From Candidatus Woesearchaeota archaeon (GTDB lineage Archaea > Nanobdellota > Nanobdellia > Woesearchaeales > JAGVYU01), in the NCBI GenBank assembly GCA_043805595.1, contig JAZDHV010000027.1, positions 1 to 62,815 of the forward strand: a DNA stretch of 62,815 nt, written 5' to 3'. This document shows positions 27,783 through 37,960 of the stretch, in pieces. Positions within the stretch are counted from its first letter, which is position 1, and every line of letters begins with the position of its first letter. The position numbers and the translations under genes were made by a program. A model generated the notes under the pieces. That model saw only the letters and a program-made list of their open reading frames with translations. It was not told where the DNA came from and did no database searches.

Positions 27783-28781
27783 ATGAGAGTAACTAATGCA
27801 AACATTGATTCTAAAGTAAGACAATTAAGCCTAAGAGAAAGGATTCCTGGATTTAGTAAAAGAGCTTCAACTCAGATTCGTGCTCAGATGAATGAATGGA
27901 TTGCATTTACTGACAGAAGCCATCCATTTATGACAAATGGAACTGAAGCAGGTGTGCATTTTCTAGATGATTATTTTCAAGAAAAGAATGGGAAAAAGAT
28001 AATCACACTATCTGTCCAGTATGGAAATGGAACAGAAGCAAGCCTTGAGAGGGCATGGAGAGACCTTACTTCTGCAAGAAATGCATCTCATATAGACAAA
28101 TATGTCAATGTTCCAGGAGCCAGTGTTGGATTGCCCTATACTTATTGGGATAGGGGTACTATGGAAGCTAATGTTGAAGGATTGACATGCTTCAATGGAA
28201 AATGGTCATTGATAGAGCATCAAGGGGTTGAAGGTGTGATAAAAGCACAGGTTGCTGTAAGGTTTGTCAGTCCTTATCTTACAAGCCCTGATGCAAGAGC
28301 TCAGCTTGAAAAAATGAGTCAAGATCCACACACTCATGTTGATTTTGAAGGTGAAGGAGGATTATTTTATCGAGGAGATGGAGATGAAGCTGATATAGCT
28401 GATATAATATATAATAAAGTGCCATGGGTAAAAATATCAAAATCATTTTATGATTTTGATGAATTAAAGATTATTGCATTAGCCAATTATGCTGCAGAAC
28501 AAAATACTCAAGTATTACTTCCTCCTGAAGAACCTGAAAAAGTGCATGATAAACCAATTCAAACACAAATATCTCCAACCTATAGAATAAGACTACATGT
28601 ATGCACACATCGCAATTATAGTGTACATGCAGAAAAAGCTGGCATATGTTTGATTCCAGAAAGGCCAATCCTTCCAAGTCTAGAGGAAAGTGTTACAGTT
28701 GAAAATGGAGGGATTGGAGAACCACATCCAGATCAAAGAGACATTACAAATGGCAGAAAGGCAGATGGTGCTGGGGAATAA
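27783..28781 (+). CDS. hypothetical protein (orphan)
   Basis: 332-codon ORF with no recognised motif. Confidence 0.55.
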   Translation: MRVTNANIDSKVRQLSLRERIPGFSKRASTQIRAQMNEWIAFTDRSHPFMTNGTEAGVHFLDDYFQEKNGKKIITLSVQYGNGTEASLERAWRDLTSARNASHIDKYVNVPGASVGLPYTYWDRGTMEANVEGLTCFNGKWSLIEHQGVEGVIKAQVAVRFVSPYLTSPDARAQLEKMSQDPHTHVDFEGEGGLFYRGDGDEADIADIIYNKVPWVKISKSFYDFDELKIIALANYAAEQNTQVLLPPEEPEKVHDKPIQTQISPTYRIRLHVCTHRNYSVHAEKAGICLIPERPILPSLEESVTVENGGIGEPHPDQRDITNGRKADGAGE

Positions 28782-28813
28782 GTTTCTTCTAAATACTATT
28801 CTTAAGAAAATGA

Positions 28814-28974
28814 TGGGGTTGGCCAGATTTTCAAAGTTTCGCTTTAAACTATTTTTTCAAGCGATAACTGTTCGAACTGGCGACCACGTGCGCACCGGCA
28901 TTCTTTTTGCTCAAACAACCCCGGGCACGTATCCTAGCTGCTCAGATTTCTCTTCCAAGCTAGACCACAACCCC
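28814..28974 (-). tRNA. tRNA with three introns (D-loop, anticodon 37/38, T-loop 59/60). Anticodon tentatively GGG (Pro) with an atypical C33.
   Basis: Acceptor GGGGTTG/CAACCCC plus A73. T-arm GCCAG-TTCGAA[intron]T-CTGGC. Anticodon stem CGTGC/GCACG with a CCGG/CCGG central helix flanked by 3-nt bulges. The splicing model gives the loop CCGGGGC. Confidence 0.65.
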
Positions 28975-29053
28975 TTATTCTTTTGAAAAATTGTTTGATA
29001 TATATTAAATTTCCGACAGTTTTAAATAATAAACTTAACCTCATTCTTAAAGT

Positions 29054-29201
29054 CCCCACCTAGCTCAACGGCTAGAGCGTTCGGCTGTAGAAATTGTTTT
29101 GATATGTGCCAAGCACTGTGATGATAAACAATCAGCTGATACCGAAAGGTTCCTGGTTCAAATTTTGGGAGAAATCCTGAATGAAAGTCCGGGGGTGGGG
29201 A
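29054..29201 (+). tRNA. tRNA-Tyr(GUA) with two introns (37/38 and 59/60)
   Basis: C1-G72 pair (CCCCACC/GGTGGGG), which is the archaeal Tyr identity element. D-arm TAGCTCAACGGCTAGAGC. Anticodon stem TTCGG/CCGAA with loop CTGTAG[intron]A. T-arm CCTGG-TTCAAA[intron]T-CCGGG. Confidence 0.85.
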
Positions 29202-29254
29202 TATTTATTTATTCTATATTTAAAGGGAAATATTATAAGATTAGTATAATAACA

Positions 29255-29321
29255 AAAAGCAAACTCACTATCGTTCGTAACTTTTGGACAAAAACCAAAA
29301 GCAAACTCACTATCATTCGTA
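29255..29321 (+). repeat. 25-nt direct repeat x2 (period 42)
   Basis: AAAAGCAAACTCACTATCGTTCGTA and AAAAGCAAACTCACTATCATTCGTA, followed by the palindrome GGTTACGGTT-AAAAAACCGTAACC. Confidence 0.8.
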
Positions 29322-29336
29322 GGTTACGGTTAAAAA

Positions 29337-29354
29337 ACCGTAACCTTTATAAAT
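29337..29354 (+). promoter_or_regulatory. BRE/TATA-like promoter shared with the rRNA operon
   Basis: ACCGTAACCTTTATAAAT versus ACCGTAAGCTTTATAAAT at 57501-57518 (17 of 18 identical). Lies upstream of tRNA-Asp, tRNA-Lys and the rpo genes. Confidence 0.45.
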
Positions 29355-29486
29355 GGAATTAAAACAACATATACTATATGCAGGGCAAATCTTTCTATGA
29401 TTAAGAAGACAAAAATCAGTTATAGAAAGAGCTATATCATATATAATGAGTAATATAATGAGTATATTGTATATTCATTAACATAT

Positions 29487-29607
29487 GCCCTGGTGGTGTA
29501 GTCTGGCCTATCATGAAGCCCTGTCGAGACTTTGGTCATTGAAAGGCTTCGACTCGGGTTCGAATACGCAATTCAAAAGAATTGCGATGGAAGTCCCGAC
29601 CAGGGCG
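29487..29607 (+). tRNA. tRNA-Asp(GUC) with two introns (anticodon loop and 59/60)
   Basis: Acceptor GCCCTGG/CCAGGGC plus G73. Anticodon stem AAGCC/GGCTT with loop CTGTC. T-arm TCGGG-TTCGAA[intron]T-CCCGA. Confidence 0.85.
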
Positions 29608-29618
29608 TTTATAATCAT

Positions 29619-29764
29619 GGGCCGGTAGCTCAGCCTGGGTTAATGCAAGATCATTAAGGGCAATAGAGCACCTGACTTTTAAGGGGATAAACCATAAAAT
29701 CATTTTAGGAATAACATCCAAAGAAGATATCAGGTGGTCGCGAGTTCGAATCTCGTCCGGCCCG
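29619..29764 (+). tRNA. tRNA-Lys(UUU) with two introns (D-loop and 37/38)
   Basis: Acceptor GGGCCGG/CCGGCCC. D-arm GCTC...GAGC interrupted by a TTAATG..CATTAA hairpin. Anticodon stem CCTGA/TCAGG with loop CTTTTA[intron]A. Intact T-arm GCGAGTTCGAATCTCGT. Confidence 0.85.
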
Positions 29765-29804
29765 TATATTTTTATCCTGGTAATGAAGCAAGGGGAAAAA
29801 ACAC

Positions 29805-30047
29805 ATGAAAACAAAAGTTGATATCAGGAAGCACATTCTTGTACCTAATCACCAAAAAATCTCTGCAGAGGAGAAACAGAAACTATTTGACCAATATAGG
29901 GTGACTGTTAAAGAGATGCCAAAGATTGGCAAGAAAGATCCTACTATAAAAGAATTATCAGCCAAACCTGGAGATATAATCAAGATCACCAGAAATAGTC
30001 CAACTGGGGGAATATTCGATTTTTATAGAGTGGTTTCAGATGATTGA
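29805..30047 (+). CDS. rpoH: DNA-directed RNA polymerase subunit H (Rpo5)
   Basis: HILVPNHQKIS...PKIGKKDPTIKELSAKPGDIIKITR is typical RpoH. Conserved position ahead of rpoB. Confidence 0.9.
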   Translation: MKTKVDIRKHILVPNHQKISAEEKQKLFDQYRVTVKEMPKIGKKDPTIKELSAKPGDIIKITRNSPTGGIFDFYRVVSDD

Positions 30048-31542
30048 ACAACAGCCTGTAAAACAATATCAAGAACTATTGATCAAGAAATATTTTGAAG
30101 AGAACAATCTTATTAGTTCTGATATTGATAATTTCAATAATTTCATTGAAGTAGAACTGCAGAAAATAATTGAAGAGAACAAGGAAATTGAACCTACAAT
30201 CATACCTCATAATATTGATGAGTTCAAGATAAGACTTGACAAGATATGGGTGACAAAACCAGAAATAACAGAGGCTGATGGAAGCAAGAGGGCAATTTAT
30301 CCAATCGAAGCAAGACTCAGAAAGATAACATATTCTGCACCATGCTTTATTGAGATGAGTGCTCATATAAATGGAGCGCAGAGAGAAAGCTTTGTAACAC
30401 AAATAGGAAACATACCTATAATGCTTAAGAGTAAATTCTGCCATCTCAGAGAAATGAATGAAGAAGAGCTGATAGAAAAGGGAGAAGATGCAGGAGACCC
30501 TGGCGGCTACTTTATCATCAATGGTACAGAGAAGGTCTTGATAAATATTGAGGATCTTGCACCTAATAAAATGCTTCTAGATAAAGATAGTGTTGGTCCT
30601 ACAAAATTCTCAGGCAGACTTTTCAGCGAACGGGGCTCATTCAAGATTCCACATACAATAGAGAAGATGAAAGATGGAATGTTCTATCTCAGCTTCACAA
30701 GGGTAAAAAGAATTCCTATCCTGATAATTATAAAAGCATTAGGCCTTTTAAAAGATGAAGATATCATGAAAAACATTTCACAGAACAAACAATATGACGA
30801 GGTCCTGATAAACTTATATGAATTTGTAGATGTAAAAAATGAGGAAGATGCTCTTGATATGATAGCAAAAAAGATAGGAATAACTCAATCAAAAGAGATA
30901 AGGATAGACAGGATGAGAGAGATTCTCGATAAATATCTTCTTCCTCATCTTGGAATAACAAAAGAAGACAGGATGTTCAAGGCATTAAATCTTTGTAAGC
31001 TGCTAAAACAGTATATTGAAAAGTCAAGGACAGAAGACACAGATGATAAAGACCATTATATGAACAAAAGACTCAAAATGAGCGGTGATCTTCTATCAGA
31101 CCTGTTCAGGGTCAATCTAAAAATCCTTATCGGCGACCTGCTCTATAATTTCCAAAGAATTGTAAAGAGAGGCAAGTTTCCGTCGATAAAAGTCATCATC
31201 AGGGACAAGCTTCTAACTTCAAGGATATATTCTTCAATGGCGACTGGAAATTGGGTAGGGGGAAGAAAAGGAATAAGCCAAAGAATCCAAAGGCTAAATT
31301 TCCTTGAGACAATGAGCCATCTTCAACGAGTTGTCAGCCCATTGAGCGCTTCACAAGAGAATTTTGAAGCAAGGAAACTGCACTGCACACACCTGGGAAG
31401 ACTATGTCCGATTGAAACTCCTGAAGGAACCAATATAGGACTGAGAAAGAACCTTGCCCTCATGGCAAGCATATCAAAAGAAAGCGATGAAGATGAGATA
31501 ATCAGATCATTAAAGAATATAGGATTGAAAACAACAAAGTAA
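30040..31542 (+). CDS. rpoB2: DNA-directed RNA polymerase subunit B'' (N-terminal part of a split Rpo2)
   Basis: GGYFIINGTEKVLI and LSFTRVKRIPI. Ends where B' begins. Confidence 0.95.
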   Translation: MIEQQPVKQYQELLIKKYFEENNLISSDIDNFNNFIEVELQKIIEENKEIEPTIIPHNIDEFKIRLDKIWVTKPEITEADGSKRAIYPIEARLRKITYSAPCFIEMSAHINGAQRESFVTQIGNIPIMLKSKFCHLREMNEEELIEKGEDAGDPGGYFIINGTEKVLINIEDLAPNKMLLDKDSVGPTKFSGRLFSERGSFKIPHTIEKMKDGMFYLSFTRVKRIPILIIIKALGLLKDEDIMKNISQNKQYDEVLINLYEFVDVKNEEDALDMIAKKIGITQSKEIRIDRMREILDKYLLPHLGITKEDRMFKALNLCKLLKQYIEKSRTEDTDDKDHYMNKRLKMSGDLLSDLFRVNLKILIGDLLYNFQRIVKRGKFPSIKVIIRDKLLTSRIYSSMATGNWVGGRKGISQRIQRLNFLETMSHLQRVVSPLSASQENFEARKLHCTHLGRLCPIETPEGTNIGLRKNLALMASISKESDEDEIIRSLKNIGLKTTK

Positions 31543-31584
31543 GAGAAAATTAAAAACAATAAAAAAAATAAAAGGTTTTTTAAT

Positions 31585-33387
31585 ATGGCAGAAGTATACT
31601 TAAATGGAAAATTTATTGGAAATGTTGAATATCCTCAAGATACTGTCAAGCAGATCATATCAGAGAGAAGAAAAGGTGTGATTGACAGGAACCTAAATGT
31701 ATATTATATGGAATCAGATGACAATATATTTGTTGAAACATCCAAAGGCAGGGTAAGAAGACCTCTCCTTGTGCTTCAAGATGGTCAGACATTGCTGAAT
31801 GATAAGCATATAACACAGCTCAAGAAGAACGAAATCTCCTGGAATGATCTAATTGATCAAGGAGTCATTGAATATATAGACGCTGCTGAAGAAGAAAACT
31901 GCCTTGTTGCATTTACTGAAGAAAATATCACTAAAGATCATACACATGTTGAGATAAGCCCATTAGTAATGCTTGGATTGACAAGCTCATTGGTCCCTTA
32001 TGCAAACCATTCCCCTGGAGCAAGGATTGGGATGGGATCTAAGAACCAAAAACAGGCAATCGGATTCTATACATCAAACTTCTCATTGAGAATGGATATG
32101 GATGTTAGCCTTCTTCATTATCCACAAATACCTGTTGTTAAATCAATTGTTTATGATGTCTCAAAATATGATCAGCATCCTGCCGGCCAGAACATAATCG
32201 TCGCTGTCATGAGTTATGATGGATATAATATGGATGACGCAATTGTGATCAATAAAGGATCTATTGAAAGAGGATTTGGAAGAAGCACATATTATAGGCC
32301 AAGCACAGCAGAAGAGTTAAGGTATTCAGGCGGGCTTGTTGATGAGATAACCATACCTGACAAGGATGTAAAAGGATACAAGAGCGAAAAAGATTACAGG
32401 CTATTGGAAGAAGATGGAATAATTTTTCCTGAGGCTCCAGTAAAGGAGGATGATGTGCTCATCGGCAAAACTTCACCACCAAGGTTCTTGAGCAGCATGG
32501 ATGAATACAGCCTAACATCAAATGTTAGAAGAGAAAGTTCAATAAATGTCAAGCATGGAGAGCAAGGAATTGTGGATTTTATCCTCATAACTGAAAATGA
32601 AGAGGGCAATAAATTAGTTCAAGTAAGAGTAAGGGACCAGAAGATTCCAGAGATAGGAGATAAGTTCACAAGCAGGCATGGGCAGAAGGGAGTCATAGGA
32701 ATGATTGTGCCAGAATCAGACATGCCATTCAGTGCATCAGGAAACAGACCTGACCTGATATTCAGTCCGCATGGCATTCCAAGCAGGATGACTATATCAC
32801 ACCTAATAGAGCTTATAGCTGGCAAGACTGGATCATTAGCCGGAAGGCAGATCAATGGAACAACTTTTAATTCTGAATCAGAGAAAGACATAAGAAAAGA
32901 GCTTGAAACACTTGGATTCAGGGAAAACGGCACAGAAACAATGTATAACGGAATAACAGGCAAACAGATGAAAGCCAAAATATTTATTGGAAATATGTAC
33001 TATCTAAAATTAAAACATATGGTCGCAAACAAGATCCATTCAAGGGCCCGTGGTCCAATACAACTTTTAACAAGACAGCCTACTGAAGGAAGGGCAAAAG
33101 AAGGGGGCTTAAGGCTGGGAGAGATGGAAAAAGACACATTTGTCGCACATGGAGCAAGCCTATTGCTAAAGGAAAGGTTTGATGCTGACAAGACAATTGT
33201 TCCAGTCTGTGAAAGCTGTGGAATAATTGCAATCCATGATGAATATAAGAACAGGAGTTTCTGCCCAATATGCGGAGACAATGTTGAAATCAACAATATT
33301 GAGATTGCCTATGCATTCAAGCTTATATTAGATGAGTTCAAATCACTTGGCATATATCCAAAACTACAGCTTGAGAACAAATATTAA
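31585..33387 (+). CDS. rpoB1: DNA-directed RNA polymerase subunit B' (C-terminal part of a split Rpo2)
   Basis: FTSRHGQKGVIG, GEMEKD and a C-terminal zinc ribbon CESCG...CPICG. Confidence 0.95.
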   Translation: MAEVYLNGKFIGNVEYPQDTVKQIISERRKGVIDRNLNVYYMESDDNIFVETSKGRVRRPLLVLQDGQTLLNDKHITQLKKNEISWNDLIDQGVIEYIDAAEEENCLVAFTEENITKDHTHVEISPLVMLGLTSSLVPYANHSPGARIGMGSKNQKQAIGFYTSNFSLRMDMDVSLLHYPQIPVVKSIVYDVSKYDQHPAGQNIIVAVMSYDGYNMDDAIVINKGSIERGFGRSTYYRPSTAEELRYSGGLVDEITIPDKDVKGYKSEKDYRLLEEDGIIFPEAPVKEDDVLIGKTSPPRFLSSMDEYSLTSNVRRESSINVKHGEQGIVDFILITENEEGNKLVQVRVRDQKIPEIGDKFTSRHGQKGVIGMIVPESDMPFSASGNRPDLIFSPHGIPSRMTISHLIELIAGKTGSLAGRQINGTTFNSESEKDIRKELETLGFRENGTETMYNGITGKQMKAKIFIGNMYYLKLKHMVANKIHSRARGPIQLLTRQPTEGRAKEGGLRLGEMEKDTFVAHGASLLLKERFDADKTIVPVCESCGIIAIHDEYKNRSFCPICGDNVEINNIEIAYAFKLILDEFKSLGIYPKLQLENKY

Positions 33388-33424
33388 TCATAAATCATAA
33401 TTAATAGTATTAAAGGTAACAAAC

Positions 33425-36106
33425 ATGGCAGAAGAAGACGAAGTAAAAACTGAAGAGGATAAGGAAGAAGCAGAAGCTGAAGAGGCTGTTGAAGTCAAAG
33501 AAGAGACTCAGATAGAGGAAGAGCCAGAAAAGATTGAAGGCTATGAACAGTATGCCTACAAGAAAGTCAAGGCAATCTCTTTTGGAATGCTCAGCCCAAA
33601 GATGATAAAACAGATGGCTTCTGCAAAAATAGTCACTCCTGAACTTTATGATAAAGAAGGCTATCCTGTAGATGGCGGATTGATGGACATAAGATTAGGT
33701 GTCATTGATCCAGGACTTAAATGCAAGACCTGCGGATCAAAACTGAAAGAATGCCCAGGGCATTTCGGATACATTGAAGTTGCAAGGCCAATAATCCATG
33801 TAAAATTCGTTGATATTGTGCTGAGCCTTCTGAGAAATACATGCAGGGATTGCGGAAGAATACTATTTCCAAAAAATAAGATTGAACCATTCATGAAACT
33901 GCTGGAGTCCATAGAAGAAGAGGCTGGAATGGAAGCCAGAAGGGACAAGATCAAGGAGTTGGTCACATCACTTAAATCTGTCAGCAAATGCCCATACTGC
34001 AAAGCCAAACAGATGAAGATAACACTTGAAAAGCCTACAACATTCCTTGAGAATGAAAAAAGGATCAGCCCAATTGAGATCAGGGCAAGATTAGAAAAGA
34101 TTACAGATGATGATATTGAGATTTTTGGCCTAAATCCAAAGACAATCAGGCCTGAATGGATGGTGCTGACTGTCCTCCCAATACCTCCAGTAACAATAAG
34201 GCCTTCTATCACCCTAGAATCAGGAGAGAGAAGCGAGGATGATCTAACCCATAAGATGGGTGATATTGTAAGAATCAACCAAAGATTATTTGAAAATATA
34301 AATGCAGGAGCCCCTGAAATCATTATCGAGGATCTTTGGGATCTTCTGCAATATCATATAACAACTTACTTTGACAATAATATTGCACAGCTTCCGCCTG
34401 CAAGACACAGGTCAGGCCAGCCTCTCAAGACCATAACTGAGAGGATCATCAGCAAAGAAGGAAGAATCAGGCATAACCTGACAGGAAAGAGGACAAATTT
34501 TTCTGCAAGAACTGTGATCAGCCCAGACCCTAATATCAGGATCAATGAAGTGGGTGTTCCACTCTCAATCGCAATGAACCTGACAATACCAGAAAGGGTG
34601 AATGATTGGAATATGAATTATCTGAAAAAATTTGTTGAGAAAGGACCAACAAAATATCCTGGATCAAATTATATTATAAGGCCTGACGGCAAGAAGAAAA
34701 AGATAACAGAAGAGACAAAAGAAGCCTCTCTTGAGGAAATCCAACCAGGATACACAGTTGAAAGGCATCTTATGGATGGAGACATTGCAATATTCAACAG
34801 GCAGCCAAGCCTACACAAGATGTCAATGATGTGCCATCTGGTGAGGGTAATGCCAGGGAAAACCTTCCGTCTAAACCCTGCTGTATGCAACCCATATAAT
34901 GCAGATTTTGATGGGGATGAGATGAATCTTCACATACCACAGACAGAAGAATCAAGATCAGAAGCAGAGAACCTGATGAAAGTTCAGACACAGATAATAA
35001 GCCCAAGATATGGGTTAAGTGTCATCGGATGCAAGCAGGATGCTATCTCTGGGAATTACCTTCTAACAAAAGATCTTGAATATACAAGAAAAGAAGCTAT
35101 TGACTTATTATCATCAATAGGAATCAATGATTTCTCAAGACTTCCAAAAAAAGAAACTGTGAGTGGCAAGGAGATTATTTCACTGATTATCCCAGAAGAT
35201 TTCAGTTTTAAAGGAAAATCAAAATCTGGAGAAGACCTAATAATCAAAAAAGGAGACTTAATAGAAGGGGTTCTTGATTCAAGCAATTTAGGTGAAGGAT
35301 CAGGATTATTATTAAGGACTATCCATAAGCAATATGGTGCAGAAGAGACAATCGGCATCCTTGAAAAATTTTTTAATATGGGAACAAAGGTGCTATTGAG
35401 GCATGGATTCTCAGTATCCATATCAGACACCGACCTCCCAAAAGATGCAAAACAAAAAATTAAGGAAATTCTTGAAAACGCCCATAATGACATTAAAAGA
35501 TTAATCCAAGAATTCAATGAAGGCATACTGGAGACTTTCCCAGGAAGAACACTGAAAGAGACACTTGAACTGAAAATATTAGAACTGCTCAATAAAGCAA
35601 GAAATGAAACAGGACAGGTAGTCAGCAAGCATTGTGACAAAAAAACCCATACTCTTGTAATGGCTGACAGCGGAGCAAGAGGAAACATATTGAATCTTGC
35701 GCAGATGGCGGCAATAGTAGGCCAACAAGCCTTAAGGGGAAAACGGATTGAGAATGGCTATAAGAACAGGACATTATCATGCTTTAAACAAGGAGACTTG
35801 AACGCAGACGCCCATGGATTTATCGAATCAAGCTTTAAATCAGGCCTCAAACCCTATGAATTCTTCTTCGCTGCAATGACAGGAAGGGATTCACTTATGG
35901 ACACAGCGCTGAGAACTCCAAAATCAGGATATCTTTATAGGAGACTCGCAAATGCAATGCAGGATCTTAGAGTTGAATATGATGATACAGTAAGGGATGC
36001 TTCAGGAAAGATCATCCAGTTCAAATATGGAGAGGATAAGATAGATGTGTCAAAATCTGAAGGCGGAACAATAAATATCCAGAACATAATCGATCATACC
36101 AAATAA
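33425..36106 (+). CDS. rpoA1: DNA-directed RNA polymerase subunit A' (Rpo1N) with an acidic N-terminal extension
   Basis: Catalytic [10 protein letters not shown] and zinc motifs CKTCGS...CPGHFG. The first roughly 40 residues are Glu-rich. Confidence 0.95.
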   Translation: MAEEDEVKTEEDKEEAEAEEAVEVKEETQIEEEPEKIEGYEQYAYKKVKAISFGMLSPKMIKQMASAKIVTPELYDKEGYPVDGGLMDIRLGVIDPGLKCKTCGSKLKECPGHFGYIEVARPIIHVKFVDIVLSLLRNTCRDCGRILFPKNKIEPFMKLLESIEEEAGMEARRDKIKELVTSLKSVSKCPYCKAKQMKITLEKPTTFLENEKRISPIEIRARLEKITDDDIEIFGLNPKTIRPEWMVLTVLPIPPVTIRPSITLESGERSEDDLTHKMGDIVRINQRLFENINAGAPEIIIEDLWDLLQYHITTYFDNNIAQLPPARHRSGQPLKTITERIISKEGRIRHNLTGKRTNFSARTVISPDPNIRINEVGVPLSIAMNLTIPERVNDWNMNYLKKFVEKGPTKYPGSNYIIRPDGKKKKITEETKEASLEEIQPGYTVERHLMDGDIAIFNRQPSLHKMSMMCHLVRVMPGKTFRLNPAVCNPYNADFDGDEMNLHIPQTEESRSEAENLMKVQTQIISPRYGLSVIGCKQDAISGNYLLTKDLEYTRKEAIDLLSSIGINDFSRLPKKETVSGKEIISLIIPEDFSFKGKSKSGEDLIIKKGDLIEGVLDSSNLGEGSGLLLRTIHKQYGAEETIGILEKFFNMGTKVLLRHGFSVSISDTDLPKDAKQKIKEILENAHNDIKRLIQEFNEGILETFPGRTLKETLELKILELLNKARNETGQVVSKHCDKKTHTLVMADSGARGNILNLAQMAAIVGQQALRGKRIENGYKNRTLSCFKQGDLNADAHGFIESSFKSGLKPYEFFFAAMTGRDSLMDTALRTPKSGYLYRRLANAMQDLRVEYDDTVRDASGKIIQFKYGEDKIDVSKSEGGTINIQNIIDHTK

Positions 36107-36116
36107 AAGGTGGAAA

Positions 36117-37247
36117 ATGAAAACATTTGACAAATACAAGGAAATACTGCCTGACAAGATAATCGAAGATATAAAGGAAAAGACAAAAGGATTCAATGCT
36201 GATAAGGTTGAGAGAATCCTAAAAAAGGTTCTGGAAGAATATGATAAATCAAAAATCGAGCCAGGGGAATCAGTAGGCATAATCAGTGCAGAATCAATAG
36301 GAGAACCAGGAACACAGATGACACTGAACACATTCCACTATGCTGGTGTTGCAGAGATGAATGTCACACTAGGTCTTCCAAGAATCATAGAAATACTGGA
36401 TGGAAGAAAAAATATTGCAACCCCTATGATGGAAATTTATCTGATTCCACCTTATAATAAGGGAAAAGATATCAGGGAAATAGCCTTATCAATTAAAGAA
36501 ACAAAGCTGAGTGAGATAACAGCTGAATTCCTGATCAATATTGCAGAATCAGAAGTTGAGATAAGACTAGACACAAAAAAGATGGAAGAACACAAGATAA
36601 AAAAGACAGAGCAGGTTGTAAAATCCCTTCAATCTGGAATAAGAGGAGTCACAATAAGACAAAGAAAAGATGGAATTATTGTAAAACCAAAAGGCAAGGA
36701 TGAAAGCCTTAATGAAGTATATAAGATAAAAGAAAGGATCAAGGACATATATATAAGCGGTGTGAAAGACATAAAACAGGTTCTCCCTGTAAAAAGAGAG
36801 GATGAGTTTATAATCATAACCTCTGGGACAAATCTAGCAGAAGTCATGTCCCTTCCTTTTGTTGACTTTAAAAGGACTGCGACAAATGATGTATTTGAAA
36901 CATTTAATGTGCTTGGAATCGAAGCAGCAAGACAGACAATCATAAATGAGGTATTCAAGGTCATAGAAAGCCAAGGGCTTAATGTTGATATCAGGCACAT
37001 TATGCTAGTGGCTGACACAATGACTGCAAACGGTGATGTGAAAGGAATCACAAGATATGGAGTTGTAAATGAGAAAACAAGCGTCTTGGCAAGGGCGAGC
37101 TTTGAGACTCCTATCAAGCATATAATAAATGCAGCCCTAATCGGAGAGAAAGACCTGCTATTATCAGTTGTTGAGAACGTAATGATCAACCAACCAATAC
37201 CAGTAGGAACAGGTCTTCCAGGACTAGTGACAAAGGTGAAGAAATAA
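36117..37247 (+). CDS. rpoA2: DNA-directed RNA polymerase subunit A'' (Rpo1C)
   Basis: [16 protein letters not shown]. Confidence 0.95.
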   Translation: MKTFDKYKEILPDKIIEDIKEKTKGFNADKVERILKKVLEEYDKSKIEPGESVGIISAESIGEPGTQMTLNTFHYAGVAEMNVTLGLPRIIEILDGRKNIATPMMEIYLIPPYNKGKDIREIALSIKETKLSEITAEFLINIAESEVEIRLDTKKMEEHKIKKTEQVVKSLQSGIRGVTIRQRKDGIIVKPKGKDESLNEVYKIKERIKDIYISGVKDIKQVLPVKREDEFIIITSGTNLAEVMSLPFVDFKRTATNDVFETFNVLGIEAARQTIINEVFKVIESQGLNVDIRHIMLVADTMTANGDVKGITRYGVVNEKTSVLARASFETPIKHIINAALIGEKDLLLSVVENVMINQPIPVGTGLPGLVTKVKK

Positions 37248-37513
37248 TGTCAGACACAGATGAGATAAAAAAAAATCTTGAAACAGGAAAACTAGTGATT
37301 GGAACCAACAATACACTTAATAATATCAAATTAGGAAACATCCAGAAAGTGTTCATCACAAAGAACTGCCCTGATGATGCAAGGAAAGATCTTGAAAATT
37401 ATAATAAGGTTAAAAAGATAGAGATTATTCAACTGGACATTGCAAATGACGAGCTAGGAAGCATATGCAAGAAGCCCTTCTCAATTTCTGTTATAGGCTT
37501 ATTAAAAGGTTAA
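37247..37513 (+). CDS. rpl30e: ribosomal protein L30e
   Basis: Conserved position after rpoA''. GKLVIGTNNTL...CKKPFSISVIGL is L30e/L7Ae-fold-like. Confidence 0.85.
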   Translation: MSDTDEIKKNLETGKLVIGTNNTLNNIKLGNIQKVFITKNCPDDARKDLENYNKVKKIEIIQLDIANDELGSICKKPFSISVIGLLKG

Positions 37514-37515
37514 GA

Positions 37516-37935
37516 TTGGAAAGAATTAAATTTGATTTTAAGCTTATTAAGTTAATTTCCCTATTTGAAAATATGACCCATGCAAAGGTAAAAGACTGCA
37601 TCGAAACTGACAACTTGACAATATTTATTGTAGGACAGAATGAGATTGGAAAAGCAATTGGAAAAAATGGAGCCAATGTCAGGAAGATTGAGAACAAGAT
37701 CAAGAAGAAAATAAAAATAATTGAATATAATCCTGACATGATAAAATTCATCAAAAACATCATTTTTCCTATAAAAGCAAAAGAGATCAAAATAGAGGAT
37801 GAAGGAATTGTGAAAATAATCTCTTCTGACCTCAAATCCAGAGGATTCTTGATAGGAAGGAATGCCACTATTTTAAGAGGCAATGAAAACATAATAAAAA
37901 GATATTTTGACATCAAGGAAATTAAGGTTGAATAA
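37516..37935 (+). CDS. nusA: archaeal NusA-like KH-domain transcription factor
   Basis: KH signature IGKAIGKNGANVRKIE and a second KH, FLIGRNATILR. The likely TTG start at 37516 follows the rpl30e stop. The longest ORF begins at 37465. Confidence 0.8.
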   Translation: MERIKFDFKLIKLISLFENMTHAKVKDCIETDNLTIFIVGQNEIGKAIGKNGANVRKIENKIKKKIKIIEYNPDMIKFIKNIIFPIKAKEIKIEDEGIVKIISSDLKSRGFLIGRNATILRGNENIIKRYFDIKEIKVE

Positions 37936-37960
37936 AACAAAACCTATAAAAATCAAAGAT

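Noticed and set aside
2063-28781. Impression that the orphan genes are GC-richer and Arg/His/Asp-richer than the housekeeping genes, as a possible sign of foreign origin
   Set aside because: Spot counts of 60-nt stretches varied widely even within the rpo genes. I cannot support a compositional claim without a proper windowed calculation.
29090-29150. C/D-box sRNA inside the tRNA-Tyr intron (GTGATGA ... 11 nt ... CTGA)
   Set aside because: Only one box pair is present and there are no C'/D' boxes. The would-be guide (TAAACAATCAG) is simply the 3' strand of the intron's own stem with AAATTGTTT. It is noted only as a possibility.
28690-29814. ORFs 28690-28986, 29099-29362 and 29536-29814
   Set aside because: They overlap the tRNA genes and their introns and have no coding signal.
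33661-37189. Long antisense ORFs inside rpoA' and rpoA'' (33661-34323, 35056-35688, 36629-37189). Similar ones lie inside rad50 (24484-25029, 25261-25638) and gdhA (6938-7399).
   Set aside because: They lie fully within strongly supported genes on the opposite strand. They translate to low-complexity Ser/Leu/Phe/Ile strings, as expected from the antisense of Lys/Glu/Asp-rich codons.
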